Source: Eledone cirrhosa (taxonomy: Eukaryota). Taken from it: DNA of 64,000 bases. The notes under the pieces are model-generated. The model did no database searches, was not told the DNA's origin, and saw only the letters and a list, made by a program, of their open reading frames with translations. Positions 25,621-38,073 of this stretch are shown piece after piece. Position numbers and translations under genes: made by a program. The first letter of the stretch is position 1, and each line of letters opens with the position of its first letter. The stretch lies in NCBI GenBank assembly GCA_964016885.1, contig OZ024742.1:293694001-293758000 (forward strand), written 5' to 3'.

Positions 25621-27338
25621 AATGCAGTTCGGGTTTGTGTAAGGCAAAAGTACCACAGACGCTCTTTTCATTGTACGACAACTACAGGAGAAGTACCTAG
25701 CTAAAAGTAAACCCCTATACTTAGCTTTTGTTGACTTGGAGAAAACCTTTGACAGAGTCCCCTGCTCCATTATGTGGTGGGCGCTTAGAAAACTAGGTGT
25801 TGATGAATGGCTTGTGAGAGCTATACAAGCCATGTATAAAGAAACAGTCAGCAAGGTTAGAATTAACAACGAATATAGTGAAGAGTTTAGCGTAAAAGTT
25901 GGTGTTCATCAGGGCTCCGTTCTTAGCCCCCTACTATTTATTATTGCCCTTCAGGCTATAACAGAGGAGTTCAAGACCGGCTGCCCATGGAAACTCCTAT
26001 ATGCAGATGATCTCATAGCTGAATCAATGTCTGAACTAGAGAAGAAATTCCAAACATGGAAGCATGGCCTAGAATCAAAAGGCCTTAAAGTTAACTTGTC
26101 TAAGACTAAAGTTCTAGTTTGTAGGAAGGAAAATAGGGCACCGGTCCCATCTGGGAAATGGCCATGCTCAGTGTGTAGGAAAGGAGTAGGCAGAAACTCC
26201 ATTTTATGTCCCAAATGTAAAGTATGGGTGCATAAAAGATGTAGTGAGATCACAGGTAAGCTAACTAAGAATATAGATTTTATATGTGGCCAGTGGTCTG
26301 GTACAATAAGTAGCAGCAAGTGCCCACAGAATACTAGCTCATTCCACTGCAGAGATGGTTCTATAGAAATAGTGGACACCTTCCATTACCTGGGTGACAA
26401 AATCAGCAGTGGGGGAGGGTGCTCTGAAAGTACAGTAGCTAGAGTCAGAACGGGATGGAAAAAGTTCAGAGAGCTTATACCACTATTAGCCGCTAAAGGG
26501 TTCTCTCTAAAAATGAAAGGCAGGCTGTATGATGCCTGCATACGAACAGCAATGTTACATGGCAGTGAGACTTGGGCATTGTGTGCAGAGGATATACGCA
26601 GACTGGAGAGAAACGAAGCTTGCATGCTCCGCTGGATGTGTAATAGTAATATACGTGAATGGCAAAGCATAAACGAACTAAGGGAGAAATTAGGAATAAG
26701 AGGGATCAGATGTTGTTTACTCGAGAGAAGACTACGTTGTTATGGTCACGTGATGCGCATGAAAGACGACAGCTGTATAAAAAAGTGCAGGGCGATAAAA
26801 ATAGACGGTAGCCACGGAGTAGGGAGACCCAGAAAAACCTGGGACAACTTGATAAATTCCAACCTCACGCACTTACACCTCTCCAAGACTATGTCACTGG
26901 ACCGAGATCTTTGGCGCTACACAGTCATACAGAAGACCCGCCTTGCCTAAGTACAAAGCGAAACCTACAGTCAGTAGGCACCTCTGACAAAATACATCCC
27001 CGTCCCACTACCCCCACCCCATCCACACCACCACCTTAAATGTGAAGTTATGTTGGTACCACAACATCCAGGCCGAAACAAATGAGGTCGTGTAGGTGTC
27101 ACGACAAAAAAAACACACAGTCCACGCTGTAATGTGGCCGTGTAGGTAACACGGTAAAAACCTCTCAGTCCACACTGTAAACGTGGTTGGTGTTAGGAAG
27201 GGCATCCAGCCGTAGAAAACCCGCCAGACAGTCCTATACGAGCAGGATAACCAATCTTGCCTCAAGTGGGAAAATTTCCGTCCAAACCCATGCAAGCGTG
27301 GAAGATGGACGTTAAACGATGATGATGATGATGATGAT
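25618..27338 (+). mobile_element. 5'-truncated RTE LINE family B with the RT domain open (ORF 25736-26950)
   Basis: DLEKTFDRV, GVHQGSVLSPLLF, LYADDL, YLG, HGSETW and GRPRKTW motifs; ~370-nt 3'UTR; (GAT)n tail. Confidence 0.95.
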
Positions 27339-28808
27339 ATATATATATATATAACAGTTTTATGATTATTTTCCATGCTTACATGGGTTAGATGGGCTGA
27401 CATGTTCTATGACTAAACATATGTTCCCTTCTGATATAGTTTCTATGGCTGGATGCCTTTCCTAATGCCAACCAATTCTCAGTGTGAAGTAGGTACTTTT
27501 TATTGTGGCACTGCCACTGTCACATGACAGGGTGGACAATATACTTTTCTTTGTGGCACCAGCACTACCACTTTACAGAGCGAGTTGGGTGCATTTTACC
27601 TTGGCCTCATTACTACCACTTTACAGTGTGGGCTGAGTGCATTTTATTGTGATACCAGCACTACCACAGTTCGACACTGGGACACTCATTGTATCATCAA
27701 CAAGGCTAAGAAGGTAGTGATAGTTGTGGAGAGATGAGAGTTGGGGAGGAGGTTCCATATTGCTTGCTGAGGGAAAGGTGGCTTCAAAGCGTGAATGATA
27801 TCTGGTGTTATACTGTAGGGTACGCCCATCTTTTCATGCTTAGCATGGTTGGATGAGGAATTGGGAATTAAGGGATATGAGTGGGGAGAGATTAAATGTT
27901 GGGTCATGGGAGTGATCTTGGAGAGAGAGAGAGAGAGAGAGAGAGAGGATAAATGAGCAATGTTTGATCTGATTAAAAGAATTTGTTAAATAAAAGATGA
28001 CTACTTCCTAGAATGATGATCTGTATCACCAGGAATTGAATTGGTAATATTCCTCTTCTGCTTTTATTTCCCAAAAACTGTAAATAGAGACCAGGGTGGG
28101 GGCAGGTTCACATCGTCTTAATGAAGACAGAGGTTGAGATATAGAGATAAGCTCAATATATTTATGGGTTTTACATAGATAGGAATAGTATAGTATAGAA
28201 AATTGGTACCAGCTTGGAGAGGTGTGTGCCTTGCACAGCACAGATAGAGAATGAGAGGTGTGGTAGTAGTGAAAATATGTAATATTCATATAAGTGCATC
28301 AAATTGAAATGTGATGATACAAATCTTTTAATCTATCATAAACATGTCAGTCTCTCCCACACCACCTTTTTCGTTTCAGTAAATGTAAAAAAAGATTTTA
28401 AAAAAAAAAAATAAGAGAAGAGAAAAGACGTGGAAATTTAATAATTCAGTTTGAGATAAATTTCTAAAATTTACATATTTCTGTTTATCTCAAAATAAAT
28501 GTGTTTTAATGTTTATTGACGGTAAGAACTGAGAGAGGGTTTACATTTTTTACAGTTGACTCAGAATATACAGTGTGGCTTATTTTAATGATATTAATTT
28601 TTCATCTTCATATCTGACAAGATTATTGAAATAACTTTGAGTTGAGTCTTAATATGGTTTTCTTCAGGACTAGAATGTTATTAAATTAGTAGTATAAAGA
28701 CATGATGATGTAAGACAATACACCCAGATCACAGTCTTGTTAGTCTTTATAAGTTGGTGTTTGGAACATAACAAACGGTTCTTAAATAAAATTATCATAT
28801 ATGATATC

Positions 28809-29272
28809 TTAACCCTTTAGTTATCAACCCGGCCATAACCGGCTCTAGTTCTAGCAAATAAAACCACCCATTTTAAACATTTCCAATTTAAATTAAAATC
28901 TATATAAGTACCTTATATTAAGTTACTACTTTATTAGTGAAATAATTGATAATTTTAGTAAATCCCTCAAAATTCTTCATTAATTAATTAAAAAAGAGTG
29001 TGTTTCATTAGAAATGTGGTCATGAAAAGGTTAAATATGAACAGCTTAACCCTTTAGCATTTAAACTGGCCATATCTGGCCAGAATTCCCTCACCTCTTT
29101 CTTTTTAAACTGGCAGTAACCAACAGCTGCTAATGTTAAGGTATTGTTCTCAAAATAAATAATATAAAAAATCTTGTAGAATCGATATTATGTGAGATAA
29201 CTATGTGAAGTAAAGCCTTTACCATGAAAATACAATAGTAAACACAGAGTGATTTAAATACTAAAGGGTTAA
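28809..29272. mobile_element. Two adjacent piggyBac-type MITEs: P2 28809-29034 and P1 29046-29272
   Basis: TTAA|CCCTTTAG...AA(A/G)GG|TTAA termini on each; multiple copies in the window. Confidence 0.85.
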
Positions 29273-31405
29273 ATTGAAACATTTTGTATCATGAAATCAG
29301 AGGCATATCTCAAGTGAGTTAGTATCAAAAGGGATGCCTCAGCCTGGCTGAGGATACACAATTATCTTACAATACAGAAAGATAGTGGATCTATTCTAAA
29401 AACTAGAATATATATTGGTACATGTTATTTACATAACAGTAATTTTTAGAGAATTTCATACTTTATTTTCTTCCAATATTAATTAATCATGCCTAATGAA
29501 ACAATTATAATAGATGGATTTACACTAAAACCAAAACTACTTATCTCTAAACACTATACTTCTTTTTGTTAAGTTATTAATCAAAAGTAATTAATAGTGC
29601 TTATAATTAGTTCAATCTGGTCATTGAGTGTCAGGCAAAATGCCTTGCGGTATTTGTTCTGGCTCTAAGTACACTGAGTACATCTTACCAAGGTCAACTT
29701 TGCCTTTTGTCCTTTCAAGGTTGATAGAATAAAGTACATGTTGTCCAGCGTGGTGAATTGACAGAAATGTTAGGGTCAAATGCGATACTTTGAATCTTGC
29801 TGAAATCAACTTTGGCTTTCATCTTTTTATAACTGATAAAGTACCAGCCCAGTACTGAGTTGTGTGTGTGTAGAGAGAGAGAGAGAGAAGTCAGTTGTGG
29901 GGAAAGACTCTGCCAGGTTTAAAATGCACAAGCACCTCTAGAACTCCATCAGGAATTAAGAAGCCATTGATGGATGGGTCAGATAAATAGAGAAACTGAT
30001 TTATTGAAACTGAAAATTCACGAGGATTACAATTCTTTTATTCTTATACTGGACCATATCAACACCAATATTTATTCTACTCTGGTACTTATTTAGAGAG
30101 TTAATTTGAAAGAAAGTTTTGGATATTTCTTCTAACTTTATGTATGAGTTCATGTAGAAATAATGTAAAGTAAATAAAATGTCTGAACTGTTTCATCTCA
30201 AATATCCATCTATTATATGTTGTATTTGCCCAATGTGCCATACAGTTGGAATGAACTTGAAACCACATGGTTGCAAAGCAAACTTCCTAACCACACAGCC
30301 ATACATACAATACTATGATTGAAGAGCCCCAAATCATTATAGCTCATAAATAACCAAAGAAAAAATACAAAAAACAACAAAAACAATATTGAAATACAAG
30401 ACTTATTTGTTATGCAGATATGCTAATGTAACTAATTTACATAGTCATACATATCAACCAGATTTAGATGCATCTGACCTGGTCTCTAAGGTTACACATT
30501 TCTAACTTGGAAATTCAGCTAATAATTAGCATATATAGAGCTGCATGGATAGGTGTGTATTAACATAAATTGTGATTTTTTTTTTTTTGTTACATTCATC
30601 TCTAGACATGACCAGCATTCTCATCATCTTTATCATCATTTAACATCAATTTTCTGTGCTGGAATGGGTTGGATGGGGTATCATAGACCAAATCAACACT
30701 TAATCAAAATTATTATCCTCTCACTGATGATTTGTGGGCCCACATCCCATTTATGTTCAAAGTTTGTCTTAGTTTCTATAGACAGATGTTCTTATCACCA
30801 ACCACTTTACAGAGTGTAAGGGTGCATTTTATTTTGATACTAACATTAAGAGAGGTTATGTCCTTGACACAACTGAAGAGTCCTCTCAATCCTTTGTTTG
30901 GTATGGTTTCTATGACTAGACAGCCTTACTATCACCAACCACTTTACAGAATATATTAGTTACATTATATCATGGTACCAGCCCTAGAGAGGTTGTCTTG
31001 TGTATTGACATAAATTGAGACATCTTTTGTTACAGTAATCTCTATATATAACTAGCAATCTTGTATTATAGAACAAGATATTCACTGTAGTATTGCCAGC
31101 CATGAAAGAGTGAAGAGGATTTCAACAAGATAATTAAATAAGTAAACTTGCATGCACACATATTTAAGTCTGTTAAACATGGTATACAGATGTTTCAACT
31201 CATTAAATATTGTGTTATTTAACATTGTGCAGAGGAAGATTGCAGTTACAATCTAATTATTATGAATGAATACATTGAATAGAAAGAAAAGCAACATAAA
31301 TAATAACATTATAACTATTTCACTGAAATAAATAGTTCCAATATTGATAATGAACAAAAGAATTATTTTAAACATAGGGTTTCTCATTACATTGATGAAA
31401 TCCAG

Positions 31406-31610
31406 TTAACCCTTTAGCATTTACATTAGTCTATATTTACTATTGTATTTTCATGGTAAATACTTTATCTCACATAATTATCTCACAAAATATCGAATCT
31501 ACAAGATTTTGATATTTATTTTGAAAACAATACCAGTCACAGCCGGTTTAAACAGAAAAAGGTGAGAGAATTCTGGCCAGATATGGCCAGTTTAAATACT
31601 AAAGAGTTAA
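31406..31610. mobile_element. piggyBac-type MITE P1 (reverse orientation)
   Basis: TTAACCCTTTAGCATTT...AAATACTAAAGAGTTAA. Confidence 0.82.
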
Positions 31611-31823
31611 GATGTATGTATGGACCTGTAACTCCTGAAGGAGTTGTAGGTGTGCCATATTGACATACAGTACTTCTAGGGCATTTTTAAACCTAGCAGA
31701 GCCCATCTTCTCTCCAGATTTGAATACAGCAGATTTCTTCAGTGAGAAAAAGATATGGAGGAAGAATTGACCCCAGTACTTGATTGATACTTTTTTATCG
31801 ACCTTACTGTATTCACTGTAGAG

Positions 31824-31984
31824 CAGGCATGTCAAACTGAGGGTCCACAAGGGCCACATGGGACACATATGTGTTGTCTGAGGGCTACACACAACTAATT
31901 GTGCACATTACAACTAATTTTTTTAATTTTATATTACAAAGATAAAACATGCTCGCACTGTAAAAACCTTTGTGCGGGCCGCAG
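31824..31984 (+). mobile_element. hAT-like MITE left end abutting the minisatellite
   Basis: CAGGCATGTCAAACT..GGGCCACATG..GCGGGCCGCA resembles hAT/Charlie-type termini; no right end found. Confidence 0.4.
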
Positions 31985-34125
31985 GAGGGTATATAGTGTA
32001 TAGTACTATAGATGAGAGGGTATATAGTGTATAGTACTATAGATGAGAGGGTATATAGTGTATAGTACTATAGGTGAGAGGGTATATAGTGTATAGTACT
32101 ATAGGTGAGAGGGTATATAGTGTATAGTACTATAGGTGAGAGGGTATATAGTGTATAGTACTATAGATGAGAGGGTATATAGTGTATAGTACTATAGATG
32201 AGAGGGTATATAGAAACAGTACTATAGGTAAGAGGGTATATAGTGTATAGTACTATAGGTGAGAGGGTATATAGTGTATAATACTATAGATGAGAGGGTA
32301 TATAGTGTATAGTACTATAGGTGAGAGGGTATATAGTGTATAGTACTATAGGTGAGAGGGTATATAGTGTATAGTACTATAGGTGAGAGGGTATATAGTG
32401 TATAGTACTATAGGTGAGAGGGTATATAGTGTATAGTACTATAGGTGAGAGGGTATATAGTGTATAGTACTATAGGTGAGAGGGTATATAGTGTATAGTA
32501 CTATATATGAGAGGGTATATAGTATATAGTACCTGCTTCTTAAACGTGGTGGGTACTTCCTTCTGCACCAATTATCACACTTCTTCCAATTCTGTCTGAA
32601 CAATGGTGCTACTCCAGAACAATGGTGCTACTCCAGAACAGTGGAAAACTGCCAGTGTCATTCCTCTATTCAAAAAGGGTGACCGCACATCACCTGTGAA
32701 CTATCGTCCAGTCAGTCTTACTAGTTGCATTGCCAAACTGATGGAATCCTGTGTCAGAGAAACACTTTGGAACTTCTGGAACTCTCAGTCTTATCCGGCC
32801 CTCGCAATTTGGATTTATCACTAACTCCAGCTGCTGTGATCAACTTATCGAGTTTCTTGAAGACATCACCCGGATCACTGATGGTGGCTCATGGGTGGAT
32901 GTTGTTTACCTTGACTTTGCGAAAGCTTTCAATTCTGTGCCACACAAAAGGCTTATGGCAAAACTCTCTGCAATGGGTGTGAAGGATGATCTTTTTAACT
33001 GGTTGAAGTCCTTCATTCTCAGTCGAAGAGAGGTAGTCACGGTTCTGGGACAGCATTCCTCACCATATAAGATGTCATCTGGTGTACCACAGGGATCTGT
33101 TCTTGGGCCCCTTTTGTTTGTGGCATATATTAATGACATAGATGCCAACTTAAAGAATGCCACAGTACTAAAGTACGCAGACGACATCAAGCTGTACCTT
33201 GAGATAAAAAGGACAGATCCTGAACACTATAGATCTTGCTTGCAGTCTGACCTGGACACAATGCAACAATGGATCTCAGACTGGCAACTCAAGCTAACTG
33301 TGAACAAGTGCACCACCATGCATTTTGGGAGTAAAAACCTAGTGTCCACATACTCCCTCCACAGCACTAATATAAAGAAGTATTCTTGTGAACGTGACCT
33401 GGGCATTACGGTCAGCAGCGATTTGCATTGGATGAAGCACGTCTCTAAAATTGTCAAGAGGGCCGAGGGTGTCTTAGCATCACTCAGCAAGACCTTTGTC
33501 AGCTGCTCTCCAGCTATCTATTTAAGGCTGTACATGGCTATGGTGTGGCCACACTTAGAATTTGCATCACCAGTCTGGAACCCCTATCTTGCTCAGAACA
33601 TTGACCGCCTGGAAACTGTTCAGAGACGTGCAACCAAGCGAATACCCTCCAACAGGCATCTACCATACTCTGAGTGCCTTGCTTCCCTGGGCATGGATAC
33701 ATTGCAGCTCCGACGCCTGGCAACTGACTTGGTAAACACCCACAAAATTGTTAACCATCTTGCCAACAACAACCCTGAGTACCTTTTTGATTTCCATGTG
33801 TCTAACACACGTGGGCATGCCCACAAAGTCAGAAAACAGTACAGTTCCCATGACTTTCGGAAACATTTTTTCACGCTCAGAGTTGCTGAAGCATGGAACA
33901 AACTACCTGCATCGGTTGTTAGCTGTCGAGACACTGCATCCTTTAAGGCCTCCATGCTTCCCGAGATTCGCCAACACTACACCTAATGTTCCCCCTCCAT
34001 ACACATACACGCATGTATATCATGACTCATACACTATTCACTTCCCTGACATTTGTGTATTATGCTATGTACTATACATACACCTTTGACGAGTTGTGTA
34101 CCTGAGCACTTCATACAATAATTTC

Positions 34126-34156
<31 letters not shown>

Positions 34157-36231
34157 GTACTATATGTGAGAGGGTATATAGTGTACAGTACTATATGTGA
34201 GAGAGTATATAGTGTATAGTACTATATGTAAGAGGGTATATAGTGTATAGTACTATATGTGAGAGGGTATATAGTGTACAGTACTATATGTGAGAGAGTA
34301 TATAGTGTATAGTACTATATGTAAGAGGGTATATAGTGTATAGTACTATATGTGAGAGGGTATATAGTGTACAGTACTATATGTGAGAGAGTATATAGTG
34401 TATAGTACTATATGTAAGAGGGTATATAGTGTACAGTACTATATGTAAGAGGGTATATAGTGTACAGTACTATATGTGAGAGGGTATATAGTGTATCGTA
34501 CTATATGTAAGAGGGTATATAGTGTATAGTACTATATGTGAGAGGGTATATAGTGTACAGTACTATATGTGAGAGGGTATATAGTGTACAGTACTATATG
34601 TGAGAGTATATAGTGTATAGTACTATATGTAAGAGGGTATATAGTGTATAGTACTATATGTAAGAGGGTATATAGTGTATAGTACTATATGTAAGAGGGT
34701 ATATAGTGTATAGTACTATATGTGAGAGGGTGTATAGTGTACAGTACTATATGTAAGAGGGTATATAGTGTACAGTACTATATGTGAGAGGGTATATAGT
34801 GTACAGTACTATATGTAAGAGGGTATATAGTGTACAGTACTATATGTGAGAGGGTATATAGTGTATCGTACTACAGGTGAGAGGGTATATAGTGTATAGT
34901 ACTATATGTGAGAGGGTATATAGTGTATAGTACTATATGTAAGAGGGTATATAGTGTACAGTACTATATGTGAGAGAGTATATAGTGTATAGTACTATAT
35001 GTAAGAGGGTATATAGTGTATAGTACTATATGTAAGAGGGTATATAGTGTATAGTACTATATGTAAGAGGGTATATAGTGTACAGTACTATATGTGAGAG
35101 GGTATATAGTGTATAGTACTATATGTGAGAGGGTATATAGTGTATAGTACTATATGTGAGAGGGTATATAGTGTATCGTACTATAGGTGAGAGGGTATAT
35201 AGTGTATAGTACTATATGTGAGAGGGTATATAGTGTACAGTACTATATGTGAGAGAGTATATAGTGTATAGTACTATATGTAAGAGGGTATATAGTGTAC
35301 AGTACTATATGTGAGAGGGTATATAGTGTACAGTACTATATGTGAGAGAGTATATAGTGTATAGTACTATATGTAAGAGGGTATATAGTGTACAGTACTA
35401 TATGTGAGAGGGTATATAGTGTACAGTACTATATGTGAGAGAGTATATAGTGTATAGTACTATATGTAAGAGCGTATATAGTGTACAGTACTATATGTGA
35501 GAGAGTATATAGTGTATAGTACTATATGTAAGAGGGTATATAGTGTATAGTACTATATGTAAGAGGGTATATAGTGTACAGTACTATATGTAAGAGGGTA
35601 TATAGTGTACAGTACTATATGTAAGAGGGTATATAGTGTACAGTACTATATGTGAGAGGGTATATAGTGTACAGTACTATATGTGAGAGGGTATATAGTG
35701 TATAGTACTATAGGTGAGAGGGTATATAGTGTATAGTACTATATGTGAGAGGGTATATAGTGTATAGTACTATATGTGAGAGGGTATATAGTGTATAGTA
35801 CTATATGTAAGAGGGTATATAGTGTATAGTACTATATGTAAGAGGGTATATAGTGTACAGTACTATATGTGAGAGGGTATATAGTGTATCGTACTATAGG
35901 TGAGAGGGTATATAGTGTATAGTACTATAGGTGAGAGGGTATATAGTGTATAGTACTATAGGTGAGAGGGTATATAGTGTATAGTACTATAGGTGAGAGG
36001 GTATATAGTGTATAGTACTATAGGTGAGAGGGTATATAGTGTATAGTACTATAGGTGAGAGGGTATATAGTGTATAGTACTATAGGTGAGAGGGTATATA
36101 GTGTATAGTACTATAGGTGAGAGGGTATATAGTGTATAGTACTATAGGTGAGAGGGTATATAGTGTATAGTACTATATATGAGAGGGTATATAGTGTACA
36201 GTACTATAGGTGAGAGGGTATATAGTGTATA
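31985..36231. repeat. 31-bp minisatellite GAGAGGGTATATAGTGTATAGTACTATAGGT (~17 + ~67 units), split by a LINE
   Basis: 31-bp periodicity visible. The consensus unit contains the palindrome TATAGTACTATA. Confidence 0.97.
32533..34150 (+). mobile_element. 5'-truncated CR1/L2-group LINE, RT domain with a frameshift and a 19-bp internal duplication
   Basis: WKTASVIPLFKKG..NYRPVSLTS, QFGF, YLDFAKAF, SGVPQGSVLGPLLF, YADDIK, ERDLG, WNPY and AWNKLP motifs. (TTA)n tail and 10-bp TSD TATATAGTAC. Confidence 0.95.
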
Positions 36232-36430
36232 ATGATTTCTAGTATAGGTACAAGGCCAATAATTTGGGGTGAGGGGAAGTCAATTAAATCGACCTCAGTA
36301 CGTTACTGGTGCTTTATTTTATCGACCCCGTAAGTATGAAAGGCAAAGTTAACCTCAGAATGTAAAGGACCATAACTCTATGCTGCAAAGCAGGGTGTCC
36401 AACTTTACTGATACTGCCAATCCACCACCC
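36231..36430 (-). mobile_element. Meta-like SINE
   Basis: Family core and head in reverse complement. Confidence 0.8.
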
Positions 36431-36484
36431 TTAATAAACATCAATAGTCACATAGAATATTTTGTTTAAATTACAAACTTCACT

Positions 36485-36905
36485 GAAAAGGTGGGAGGAG
36501 GGAATAAAATGAAGGTGAGAAGTGGGGAGAGAAAAGGTGGAGTGTGGAGGAGGAAAGTGAATAGAATAATGATGAGATGTGGTGGGGAGGAGGAGGAGAA
36601 AGTAAAGGTATAGTGGGGGAGTAGAATGAAGATAAGAAAAAGGGAGAGAAAAGGTGAGAGCTTGGAAGGAGAGAGAAATAGAGTCATAATGAGGTGAGAT
36701 AGAGAAAGAATAAATGTGAGAAGTGGGGAAGGGGAGAGAGAAAAAGTGAGAAGTGGAGAGGGGCAGAGAGTAAATGTGAGAAGTAGAGAAGGGGAGAAAT
36801 GAAGGAGGAAATGGAGAGGGGAAAAAGAGAAACCGTGAGGAGTGGACGAGGAAGGAGAAAGAAGTAATAAAGGTGTGAGGTGGAGATAGAGAAAAGGTGA
36901 CAATA
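36485..36905. repeat. Purine-rich low-complexity tract
   Basis: GA-rich degenerate repeats. Confidence 0.85.
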
Positions 36906-37109
36906 GCAAGAGAATATATTTCTAATGAAGCAATTACCACAGTAAATTGCCAAAAAATGTTTGATTAGAAATGAATTAAATTATAAATTTTATACCAAAC
37001 ATCAACATTATCCCTGTTTTAACGTTCATTTTCCATGCTTGCGTGGCTACAGTAAACATTCTTTGATGTTCATGTAATTGTTGAAACGTTTGTTCCATAA
37101 AGGTTTCAG

Positions 37110-37150
37110 ACTTACCTACAAAAAGAAACAGAAAAAGAAGAAAAATTAAT
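37110..37150 (-). promoter_or_regulatory. Candidate recursive splice site (3' splice site directly abutting a 5' splice site)
   Basis: Minus strand reads ATTAATTTTTCTTCTTTTTCTGTTTCTTTTTGTAG|GTAAGT, with the junction between 37116 and 37115. Confidence 0.6.
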
Positions 37151-37641
37151 ATATTTTAAATACCAAATTTTAACAAATTACAATCTATAAATATCTATAA
37201 AATAATAGCAGAAAAGATCTCGCATAGCTAAGCCATACTGGGCTTAATACTTTTATGACTGCACTTCTAATGAAATACATTATTTTAATTAATTAATGAA
37301 GAATTGAGGGATTTACTAAAATTATTGATTAAAATTATTGAAGAGAGTAACTTAATGTAAGGTTCTTATCTAAAATTATGTTGGAAGATTTATAAATTAA
37401 ATTGGAAACCTTTAAAATGGGTGGTTTTATTTCATAGAACCAGGGCTGGTTTTGGCCGGGTTAGTAACTAAATGTTAACCAAGCTGAGTTGGTTGAAAAT
37501 ACATTTCCATATATGAAGTTTTATTGTTACACCTAGAGAAAAAGTAATCATTGGGAATCAGTGTGGCTGAAAGGCATAGCAACCTGCTAAGTACTGGTAC
37601 CACAGTAAATGTACCTGCTGCACCCTGTAAAGTGCAGGAAT

Positions 37642-37995
37642 GTACTCTCAGGTATCAAATAATCAACTCCCTTCCCCACCCCACTTATTAATTTTTCAGA
37701 TTTCTTCCAACTCTCCACTGCTCTTATTCCACCCATACTGCTGCTTATTAAATTTTGCTAATCTATCTCCAGCAAAATTATATTTTAAGAGGTGACAATT
37801 TTCTTTATACATTAAAAAACATTATACATGACAAAAAAAGTACATTACTAGAACTCTCAAACGTTATAAAATAAATAGCGTGGGTTGGGGTCTCGGTATG
37901 TAAACTAAACGACTAATTCTGTTTTTTTTTTTTAATCAACAGAGACAACCTAGAAAAATTACCTATTTTCCATTTTCCAACCATCCTGCTTATTC

Positions 37996-38029
<34 letters not shown>

Positions 38030-38073
38030 CCTCTGTTTATTCCAACACCCCCTATTATTTGGGACCCGAAAAT
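37642..38073. mobile_element. Degenerate TA-flanked (Tc1/mariner-type) MITE
   Basis: Imperfect TIRs TACTCTCAGGTATCAAATAA and TTATTTGGGACCCGAAAATA; a related end lies at ~7055-7110. Confidence 0.4.

Noticed and set aside
25139-25869. ORFs spanning the A/B junction as a novel fusion protein
   Set aside because: The extensions are antisense read-through of the opposite LINE; no promoter or coding evidence.
31985-36231. CRISPR-like array (31-bp partly palindromic repeats)
   Set aside because: Units are directly adjacent with no unique spacers, there are no cas genes, and the context is eukaryotic: a minisatellite.
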